Source of the DNA: Planctomycetota bacterium
Lineage (GTDB): Bacteria > Planctomycetota > Planctomycetia > Pirellulales > Lacipirellulaceae
NCBI GenBank assembly: GCA_039190745.1
Contig: JBCCXZ010000060.1
Span: 1-19,986 of the forward strand
Direction of reading: 5' to 3'
Length of the DNA stretch: 19,986 nucleotides
The notes beneath the pieces were generated by a model, which did not search any database, had not been told where the DNA came from, and saw only the letters and a program-made list of their open reading frames with translations. Below are positions 1 to 6,416 of the stretch, in pieces; within the stretch, counting starts at the first letter, position 1, and the number at the start of each line of letters is the position of its first letter. Both the position numbers and the translations under genes were made by a program.

Positions 1-75
1 CGGGGCGTGGCGCAGCCTGGCTAGCGCGACTGCTTTGGGAGCAGTAGGTCGCAGGTTCGAATCCTGTCGCCCCGA
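1..75 (+). tRNA. tRNA-Pro (anticodon UGG), CCA not encoded
   Basis: Acceptor stem CGGGGCG(1-7)/CGCCCCG(68-74) with discriminator A75; D arm GCGC-AGCCTGGCTA-GCGC; anticodon stem ACTGC/GCAGT with loop TTTGGGA (TGG at 36-38); T arm GCAGG-TTCGAAT-CCTGT. Followed by CTG, not CCA. Confidence 0.97.
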
Positions 76-91
76 CTGATGAGAGAACACC

Positions 92-128
92 AACCCCCGC
101 GGGCCCGTTGGCCGGCGGGGGTTTTTTT
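92..128 (+). terminator. Rho-independent terminator of tRNA-Pro
   Basis: GC hairpin AACCCCCGC(92-100)/GCGGGGGTT(115-123) with inner GGCC/GGCC stem, followed by a T7 tract, 17 nt after the tRNA. Confidence 0.85.
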
Positions 129-164
129 CTTTTTGTCGCCTGGGGCGGGGATCGCAGCGGGCGG

Positions 165-416
165 GACAGAAGTCTCTTCGTTTTGTCCGTCGGTCTGCAC
201 CCCAGACCGCCGACGCGTAGGTCGGCGGCTAGGAAAACGTTGACAGAAGAGCTAGCCGTTTTGTGCTTGGCGGCTCTGCAAAACTCTGGGTTCTGTCTGC
301 GTCTGGCAGGGATTCACGCTTTGTTCTCGGGGGTTCGGAGGGAACACCTTCGACAAAATTGTGGGGCTTCTGCGGCCAGCCGTTAGGCATTTGGGACGGA
401 ACCTAGCGGCTTCGTC
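165..416. repeat. Array of about 6 degenerate short palindromes, GAC(A/G)(G/A)AA-N7-10-TT(T/C)(T/C)GTC-like
   Basis: 165-187 GACAGAA-N9-TTTTGTC; 242-265 GACAGAA-N10-TTTTGTG; 277-297 TGCAAAA-N7-TTCTGTC; 305-325 GGCAGGG-N7-CTTTGTT (weak); 352-374 GACAAAA-N9-TTCTGCG; 395-416 GACGGAA-N8-CTTCGTC. Confidence 0.55.
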
Positions 417-435
417 TGGGGATCGCGTCTGGAGG

Positions 436-463
436 TCTCACGCAGAGGCGCGGAGGCGCAGAG
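436..463 (+). repeat. CACGCAGAGGCGCGGAGGCGCAGAG-type short interspersed repeat (9-nt periodic)
   Basis: TCTCA-CGCAGAGG-CG-CGGAGG-CGCAGAG, three near-copies of a 9-mer. It resembles, from recall, the repeat type often seen near GxxExxY-family genes in planctomycetes; no such gene is in this window. Confidence 0.55.
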
Positions 464-521
464 GCAGCGCATGAGGGCCGAGCCGGGTGAGGGGTGGGCC
501 GCCGTGGGGCGTGGAGTTAGG

Positions 522-533
522 TTGTCAAAGAGC
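522..533 (-). promoter_or_regulatory. boxA-like antitermination element GCTCTTTGACAA
   Basis: Reverse complement of TTGTCAAAGAGC. One mismatch to the E. coli rrn boxA GCTCTTTAACAA, about 20 nt downstream of an AT-rich promoter-like segment. Confidence 0.45.
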
Positions 534-552
534 CGTCGTTGTAGTGGTCATA

Positions 553-581
553 TGTATATATTCTAGCGCGGCTGTTTGCAA
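553..581 (-). promoter_or_regulatory. Putative sigma70-like promoter reading toward the tRNA
   Basis: Minus strand TTGCAA-N17-TATACA (alternative -10 TAGAAT at 560-565) inside a conspicuously AT-rich patch in a GC-rich background. Confidence 0.35.
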
Positions 582-637
582 CCAGGTTTTTCCACGAAAG
601 CTCGGCACGTTGGTGGTGATGGCATTGCCACCCCTCG

Positions 638-1666
638 TTATTGCAAGCGCGTGCGCGGCTGGCTCGCCTGGCTGCCGGCGGGCGGCGGGGGGAGTTGCAG
701 CGCCGCGGGGGCGGCGGGCTGGGTGGCGCGGAGGGCACGCATCAACTCGGTGCGGACCGCGTGAAACTCGGCCGTCGCGGTGAGGGCCTGGTACTGCGGG
801 TTGGCGGCCACTTCGTCGTAGCGGGTGAGCGTGAGCGCGAGCGCCGCGCGGTAGCTGGTGGGGTCGGTCTCGGCGCCGGCCGCGGGGACGGCCAGGTGCT
901 GCTGCCACGCCGGCGGCAGGATGGCTGAGAGCTTCTGCCAGGCGTCGAGCAACGCCGTCTCGGCGGGGATCGGCGTGGCGGGAGCGGCGGCGATCGGGGC
1001 CACGCCGCTGCCGGAGTATTGGGCGATGGAATTCAGCAGGCCGGTGGCGAGTTGTTGGGCCTGCGTGGTGTCGGCCCCGACGACGCCGTTCTGGTAGAAG
1101 GCGGCCTCGGCGGCGGGGTCGGGCTTGAGGACCGAGCCGTCGAGCGAGACGCCGAGGAAGACGCCGCGGCTGCGGGAGTAGGTATAGATCTCGGAGCTGA
1201 GCGGCACGTCGGTGCCGGCGGAGACCTTGCGGCCGACGGGCCCGGCGGCGACCGAGGCGTCGGCGCCGATGGTGAGCTTGCCGCTCATGAGGTTCTCGAC
1301 GCTCTGCTTGCTGCGGAGGACGAGGACGACGTCGGTCGACTGGACGCCGGCCTGCCAGCCGACGCTGCCGCCGGTGATGGTCACAAACTGCGGGGCCTGC
1401 CAGTTGCCGGCGGCGTCGCGGGTGGTCATGACGCCGTGCCCGCGGCGGACGCCGACGACGAAGGCGCCGCCCTTGAGCTGCGGGACGATGGCCACGGCCT
1501 GGGCGCTGGAGAGCAGGTTCTGGGGGATGCCTTTGCCGGGGGTGTTCATCACCTCCTGGAGGACGACAGTGGCCTGGCGGACGGTTTCGTTCTCGCGCGG
1601 GCCGGCGTGGGCCTGGGCGGCGGTGAGCAGGGCGAAGGTCAGGAGGGCGGCGATGGAGCGGCGCAT
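638..1666 (-). CDS. Lipid-binding SYLF / Ysc84-domain protein with signal peptide and C-terminal extension
   Basis: Signal peptide ending AHA; motifs GIP..LL..A.AVAIVP, GG...G...G.GV, W.AP.F..ITGGSVGWQAG.Q.TD.VLV, GADASVAAGPVGR, YSRSRG.F.GVSLDG; RBS GAGGA upstream of ATG. Confidence 0.9.
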   Translation of the reverse strand: MRRSIAALLTFALLTAAQAHAGPRENETVRQATVVLQEVMNTPGKGIPQNLLSSAQAVAIVPQLKGGAFVVGVRRGHGVMTTRDAAGNWQAPQFVTITGGSVGWQAGVQSTDVVLVLRSKQSVENLMSGKLTIGADASVAAGPVGRKVSAGTDVPLSSEIYTYSRSRGVFLGVSLDGSVLKPDPAAEAAFYQNGVVGADTTQAQQLATGLLNSIAQYSGSGVAPIAAAPATPIPAETALLDAWQKLSAILPPAWQQHLAVPAAGAETDPTSYRAALALTLTRYDEVAANPQYQALTATAEFHAVRTELMRALRATQPAAPAALQLPPPPAGSQASQPRTRLQ

Positions 1667-1848
1667 AATTAGTCCTCGGGGGGCAGGCCGATGGGGCTGC
1701 TAGCGTAAATGTCGACGCGACGCGTCGACGGGAGGGCGAGTCGGCGCGGAGCGTACCTAGGGCGTAGTACGCCAGCAAGATCGATCGGGGTCCGCTAGCT
1801 TGTCGGTTGACATGTATGGCGTCGATCTATGGGTGCCGGCGCAGCTAT

Positions 1849-1918
1849 GTAGGATGGGTGCTCGCAACCATCGATTGACTTGATGACGGGAGATGATGGG
1901 TGCAAGCACCCATCCTAC
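1849..1918. repeat. GTAG-type REP doublet (inverted pair)
   Basis: GTAGGATGGGTGCTCGCAACCATC (1849-1872) and the inverted copy GATGGGTGCAAGCACCCATCCTAC (1895-1918); each is a GTAG foot plus a palindrome. Confidence 0.8.
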
Positions 1919-1961
1919 GGAGATGTGAGACAGTCCGACGCCAACGAGATGTGAGCGGGAA

Positions 1962-2693
1962 TTGGAACGACTCAGAAGTATCGTAGAAGGGCGAGACACG
2001 AAGCTCGGATTCGCATTCGATCTTGCGATTCAAGTACTAATCGTGCTGTCACTAGTTGGGTACTCGATTCAGACCCTTCCTAATCTGTCAGACGAAACTC
2101 GATCGGTCCTTAGGGCGTTTGAAGCTCTGGCGATTGTTCTCTTCACCATCGAGTACCTTCTTCGGATAGCCGTTGCCGAGAACCGCGTCCAGTACGTGTT
2201 CAGCTTCTTCGGAATAGTCGACCTCCTCGCGATCCTGCCGTTCTACCTGTCGACTGCAGTAGACCTGCGGAGTCTGCGGGCGTTCAGGCTTCTCAGGCTC
2301 GTCCGTATACTCAAGATAGCCCGCTACAGCCGGTCCCTGAGACGGTTTCACATCGCCCTGGATATCGCGAAGGAAGATATCGTCCTCTACCTGTTCGGAA
2401 CCGTGCTCCTGTTGTTTCTTTCGGCGGTTGGCATTCACTATTTCGAAGGGGCTACGCAACCGGAGGCCTTTGGCTCGGTCTTCCATTCGCTCTGGTGGGC
2501 TGTTACGACGCTCACAACTGTTGGCTACGGAGATACGTATCCAATCACTGTCGGAGGAAAGCTGTTCACCTTTGCGGTGTTGCTCGTTGGACTGGGCGTA
2601 ATCAGCGTTCCGGCGGGTTTAGTGGCTTCCGCCTTTGGGCAGGCACGGCAACTTGAGCGGGAAGAGCATGAGTCCGAGCAAGTCGAGGATTAG
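1962..2693 (+). CDS. Six-TM voltage-gated-type potassium channel (ion transporter family)
   Basis: Pore motif SLWWAVTTLTTVGYGD.YP; S4 segment LRSLRAFRLLRLVRILKIARY; S2 FTIEYLLR; S3 IVDLLAILPFY. TTG start is not certain. Confidence 0.93.
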   Translation: MERLRSIVEGRDTKLGFAFDLAIQVLIVLSLVGYSIQTLPNLSDETRSVLRAFEALAIVLFTIEYLLRIAVAENRVQYVFSFFGIVDLLAILPFYLSTAVDLRSLRAFRLLRLVRILKIARYSRSLRRFHIALDIAKEDIVLYLFGTVLLLFLSAVGIHYFEGATQPEAFGSVFHSLWWAVTTLTTVGYGDTYPITVGGKLFTFAVLLVGLGVISVPAGLVASAFGQARQLEREEHESEQVED

Positions 2694-2801
2694 CAACCCG
2701 GTTTGCCTCTTGTGCTGCGCACACGGACAATCGGCCGTTAGGAGTCTTTGCGCTGGCGGGGCGTCTTGCGGCCGACAGTCCGTGCCACCCATAGATTAGC
2801 C

Positions 2802-2854
2802 GGCGCGATGCCCAACGGTATTTCACATGCCCACCAGAGCGTGGGCATGGCGCC
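2802..2854. repeat. REP-like inverted element of the GGCGCCATGCCCAC type
   Basis: Hairpin CATGCCCAC(2826-2834)/GTGGGCATG(2841-2849) plus GCGCC, and a degenerate inverted partner GGCGCGATGCCCA at 2802. Confidence 0.6.
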
Positions 2855-2931
2855 AGGAGCCTGGGCCCTTTCGTATTCCCCGGTTTTTGGGGGGGCTTGG
2901 GAGCTGCTCGTTGCCTCTTTGGCACCGATGG

Positions 2932-2959
2932 TTGACGCAGCCGAGCGGACGATTACAAC
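2932..2959 (+). promoter_or_regulatory. Putative sigma70-like promoter of the PEP-CTERM gene
   Basis: TTGACG-N16-TACAAC about 55 nt upstream of ATG 3014. Confidence 0.3.
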
Positions 2960-3013
2960 GCAGCTTATGGGCGGCTAGTAGCCCGGGAACCACACCGGGA
3001 TTGGAGAAGACTC

Positions 3014-4051
3014 ATGAGCCGTGCCAACGCCGCTTTTCTTCTCGCCACAGTTGTGGCGACGTCTTGTTTCGGGAGCGCCAATGGGGCTTGCATTAGCAGC
3101 TCTCTGCAGCGAGAGACGATATCCCCCGATGAGACACAGTTCTTCTCGCTTGGCGCGCTGGAGTTCGGTGATGTGGTCTTTGGCATCACCACGCCGATCG
3201 AGGGCGTTCCGTTCGACTTCGACACGCCCGACACGCAAGTGGCGACGTTCTTCACCGACGATGTCGGGCCGGGCGATTTGTCGCCTTTCATTCTGACGAT
3301 CAACGACGACAGCGACGCCGACAACAATCTGGACGCGGACAACGGCAACGAGGGCGACTCGTTCGGTTCGTTGTTCCGCTTGGAGGCGATGGAAGACGAG
3401 TTCTCCGTGGGCGTGACAGGCTTCGACGACGACTTCGAGGGAACGGGGCACAACGAGTCGGGCGACTACCTGTTGACCATCGGGCACGTCGACCCGACCT
3501 CATTGGGGGGTGATTTTGCCGATACGGATGGGGTCAATGAACTGATGTCGGGCGCCGATGTGTTGCCTTTGGATGAGTTCGATTCGTTGGTCTCGGTGAA
3601 TTCGTTGGTTCCGGGGGCGCCTGGGGACGTTGACTTCTACCGCGTTGAACTGGAGGCGGGCGATGTGTTCACCGCGATGACCGCGCCGCTGGGAGGTTTG
3701 AGCGATGACTTTGACGACCCCGACACGCTGATCGTCTTCATGGACAGCAGTGGGAACATCCTGTTCGACGATGATCAGGCGGGCGGGCCGTTTAGTGATC
3801 TTGCCCTCGACACGTTCTTCATCACCGATGCGAACGGTTCGGCCGTTCACTTCCTGGCGCCACAGACTGATTCTTATTTCTTCGCGGTGACTGGCTTCCC
3901 CGACGAGGACGCGGTGGGGTCGCACGATGAGCAGGGGGCTTATGCGTTGTTGGTATCGCGTGCGCGGGTCATCCCAGAACCATCCTCGGCGGCTTTGCTG
4001 CTGCTTAGCGGTCTTGGGTGCTTCGGAGTGGGGGTACGCTGCTCAGCTTGA
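3014..4051 (+). CDS. PEP-CTERM sorting-domain surface protein, very acidic, with two PPC-like beta domains
   Basis: Signal peptide ending ANG/A; C-terminal IPEPSSAALLLL..LG...GVR; DVDFYRVELEAGD; two related halves (DTPDT..DD..VTGF.D...G.H...G.Y.L versus DDPDT..DD..VTGF.D...G.H...G.Y.L); RBS GGAG. Confidence 0.88.
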   Translation: MSRANAAFLLATVVATSCFGSANGACISSSLQRETISPDETQFFSLGALEFGDVVFGITTPIEGVPFDFDTPDTQVATFFTDDVGPGDLSPFILTINDDSDADNNLDADNGNEGDSFGSLFRLEAMEDEFSVGVTGFDDDFEGTGHNESGDYLLTIGHVDPTSLGGDFADTDGVNELMSGADVLPLDEFDSLVSVNSLVPGAPGDVDFYRVELEAGDVFTAMTAPLGGLSDDFDDPDTLIVFMDSSGNILFDDDQAGGPFSDLALDTFFITDANGSAVHFLAPQTDSYFFAVTGFPDEDAVGSHDEQGAYALLVSRARVIPEPSSAALLLLSGLGCFGVGVRCSA

Positions 4052-4085
4052 GAAGGACAGAACTTCTCGGCGGCGTCTGTTTGTG

Positions 4086-4108
4086 GCCCCCGGCCACTGG
4101 CCGGGGGC
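4086..4108. terminator. Perfect GC palindrome between convergent genes (terminator or REP-like)
   Basis: GCCCCCGGCCA-C-TGGCCGGGGGC between the stop codons at 4051 (+) and 4116 (-). Confidence 0.6.
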
Positions 4109-4115
4109 TAAATGG

Positions 4116-6062
4116 TTAGGCGGCTTCGTTGGTATTGCGGTCGGCGGTGAGGATGGAGACGACGATTAGCGTCGCGAAGCCCAGTGGGATCGTTACGATG
4201 CCGGGTTGGCTGAAGGGGGTGAGGGCGTCTTCGGCGGGGAGGCCATAGACTTTGGCGAAGGTGTCTGCGCTAAGCAAGATCCAGCCGAGCGAGCTGAGCA
4301 TGCCGACTAGGACGCCGGCGATGATCCCCTGGGCGGTGGTGCCGCGCCAGAAGAGCAGCATGATCAGCGCGGGGAGGTTGGCCGAGGCGGCGATGCTGAA
4401 GGCCCAGCCGACGAGGTAGCTGACGTTCAGCTCCTTGAAGAGGATGCCGAGGGCAACGGCCACCACGCCGACAGCGACCGAGGCGATCTTGGCGATGCGG
4501 ACACGCTCGTTGTCGGTGAGCTCTTCGCCGGTGAGGTTGGCGACGAGGTCGTTGCTCACGGCGCCGGCGGACGCGAGGATCAGCCCGCTGACCGTACCGA
4601 GGACGGTGGTGAAGGCGATGGCGGAGATGATGGCGAACATCAGCTCGCTCATGCTGCGGGCCAGTAGCGGGGCGGCCATATTGCTGTCGGTGGGGTCGAG
4701 GGCGCCGCTGGTCATGGCTCCCAGGCCCATGTAGAGCGTAAGGATATAGAAGAAACCGATGGTGGCGATGCCGACGATGGTGCTCTTGCGGGCGGCGGCC
4801 TCGTCTTTGACCGTGTAGTAGCGGATGAGTATGTGCGGCAGCGAGGCGGTGCCGCAGAAGAGGGCGAGCATCAGCGAGAGGAAATTCAGCTTGTCGACGA
4901 GGCGGTCGCTGCGGATGCCCTGGAAGCGGGGGTGCTCGCCGGGGCGGAGGACTCGGCTGCCGGGGGTGGGGTTCTGGGTGTAGACGGTGGCCGTGGCGCC
5001 GTCGCTTTGTTGGATTTTCTGGCTCTTCCAGAGGATGACTTCGCTCTCTTGGAGCGTGCTGAAGAACGAGAGCAGGCCGAGCGGTTTCTTCTCGGTTTCG
5101 CCGTTAGGGAGTTTGCTGAGCGTGCCGACGGGGCGGAGCCCCTCGGGGGCGTCGTCGCCGACGCCGCCTGCGATGACGGTTTTCTGGTTGCCCGACTCGA
5201 TGACGGCTTGGGCCTCGTCGAGGTAGATCTCACCCTCGGGGGTGGTGCGGGTGCTCCAGACGGTTTGTTCTCCGGTGGTTGTGTTGCTGAAGTGGTGTAG
5301 GCCGCGGTCTTCCCACTCCCGGTCGTGGGGTACCAGTTCGAGGGCGGCTCCGCCGGGGAGGCTGCGGATAGCGGTGGTGAGATCGCCGTTTGGGAGCGGC
5401 CCGAGGGTGCGGAACTCGTAGCCGTCGACGCCGCCCTGCTTCACCTCGAAGCCGCGGGCGAGCAGCATCGCGGTCAGGATGGTGCTGAAGACTACGAGCA
5501 GGGCGCCCTTGAGGAACTGGACCCACGTGGTGGAGACCATGCCGGCGGTGACAACGATGAAAATGACAACCGCGCCGACCATCACCACGCCTACCCAGTG
5601 TTCGAGCCCCAATAGCGGCTTAACGAGCACGCCGGCGCCGACCATCTGCGGGATGAGGTAGAAGACGCTGACCACTAACGTGCTGACGCCGGCGGCGAGC
5701 TTGATGCCCTTGGAGTCGAACTTCGCGTCGAGCGCGTCGGCGAAGGTGAACTTGCCGAGGCGTTTCATGGGTTCGGCGACGACGAACAGGGCGACGATCC
5801 AGCCGGCGAGGTAGCCGATGCTGTAGAGGAAGCCGTCGTAGCCGTAGAAGGCGATCATGCCGCAGATGCCGAGGAAGGACGCGGCGGAGAGGTAGTCGCC
5901 GGCGAAGGCGACGCCGTTCACCAGCCAGGGGATCTGCCCGTGGGCGGTGAAGAAGCCGGCCGAGGACTTGGCCTGCCGGCCCATGTAGTAGCTGATGCCG
6001 AGCGTGACACCGCAGACGATGAGGAAGATGACGACGGCGGTGAAGGAAGGTTCGTAGATCAA
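4116..6062 (-). CDS. actP: Sodium:solute symporter family, cation/acetate symporter ActP-like, with large internal insertion
   Basis: NG.A.AGDYLSAASFLG, YGYDG..YSIG...GW, AEP....GKFTFAD, YLIPQMVGAG, GM..TTWVQ..K, GTASLPHIL.RYYTV, NMAAPLLA; TTG start overlaps the DUF485 stop (TTGA). Confidence 0.9.
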   Translation of the reverse strand: MIYEPSFTAVVIFLIVCGVTLGISYYMGRQAKSSAGFFTAHGQIPWLVNGVAFAGDYLSAASFLGICGMIAFYGYDGFLYSIGYLAGWIVALFVVAEPMKRLGKFTFADALDAKFDSKGIKLAAGVSTLVVSVFYLIPQMVGAGVLVKPLLGLEHWVGVVMVGAVVIFIVVTAGMVSTTWVQFLKGALLVVFSTILTAMLLARGFEVKQGGVDGYEFRTLGPLPNGDLTTAIRSLPGGAALELVPHDREWEDRGLHHFSNTTTGEQTVWSTRTTPEGEIYLDEAQAVIESGNQKTVIAGGVGDDAPEGLRPVGTLSKLPNGETEKKPLGLLSFFSTLQESEVILWKSQKIQQSDGATATVYTQNPTPGSRVLRPGEHPRFQGIRSDRLVDKLNFLSLMLALFCGTASLPHILIRYYTVKDEAAARKSTIVGIATIGFFYILTLYMGLGAMTSGALDPTDSNMAAPLLARSMSELMFAIISAIAFTTVLGTVSGLILASAGAVSNDLVANLTGEELTDNERVRIAKIASVAVGVVAVALGILFKELNVSYLVGWAFSIAASANLPALIMLLFWRGTTAQGIIAGVLVGMLSSLGWILLSADTFAKVYGLPAEDALTPFSQPGIVTIPLGFATLIVVSILTADRNTNEAA

Positions 6063-6310
6063 CGGTCGGCCTCCCCGTCTTCTGTGCGAGTACTATCCGA
6101 TCCGCCGCGGCTGACGAAGCCGTAGATTAGTGCCAGGACGATGGCGGCGACCATCAGGCCGAAGCCGTAGAGTATGGCAACGTTGAGGCCGGCGACGGGG
6201 GTGGCTTCGGTTCGCTCGGGCCAGAAGGCATTGAGCAGCACGAAGCCGGCGTAGAGGACGAGGTAGACGGCGAAGAGGGCGAGCCCGGCCCGGGAGAAGC
6301 TGTGTTGCAT
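6059..6310 (-). CDS. DUF485 (YjcH-like) two-TM partner of ActP
   Basis: 83 aa, two TM helices (LFAVYLVLYAGFVLLNAF.P and GLNVAILYGFGL), immediately upstream of and overlapping the actP-like gene, the usual yjcH-actP arrangement. Confidence 0.87.
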   Translation of the reverse strand: MQHSFSRAGLALFAVYLVLYAGFVLLNAFWPERTEATPVAGLNVAILYGFGLMVAAIVLALIYGFVSRGGSDSTRTEDGEADR

Positions 6311-6416
6311 GCGCGAGTGTGCTGTTGGAAGAGTCTGCTGTCATTACAACGCGAAGAAGCGCGTCGGCGATGGGCACAGCATACACGGCGAGACGACGCT
6401 CTGCACCGGCGGCAGG

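Noticed and set aside
108..386. 92-aa ORF downstream of the tRNA
   Set aside because: TTG start inside the terminator hairpin, no RBS, no recognisable protein features.
165..416. CRISPR array
   Set aside because: Repeats are too degenerate, mixed in orientation and irregularly spaced; no cas genes in the window.
549..568. LexA/SOS box in ATGTATATATTCTAG
   Set aside because: Does not match CTGT-N8-ACAG at either end; only the AT-alternating core is similar.
612..632. Intrinsic terminator for the SYLF gene
   Set aside because: The stem pairs well only on the + strand (via G-U), has mismatches on the coding strand, and lacks a U tract.
2691..2743. Integron attC site after the K+ channel gene (…CAAC … GTTAGGA)
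   Set aside because: R'' does not fit RYYYAAC or complement R', the span is short, and there is no intI.
2919..2936. Sigma54 promoter upstream of the PEP-CTERM gene (TGGCAC...TTG)
   Set aside because: The -24/-12 spacing is off by one base and the -12 reads TTGA rather than TTGC.
1..3000. Integrative element or prophage at tRNA-Pro
   Set aside because: No integrase or phage genes, and I saw no duplicate of the tRNA 3' end in the window.
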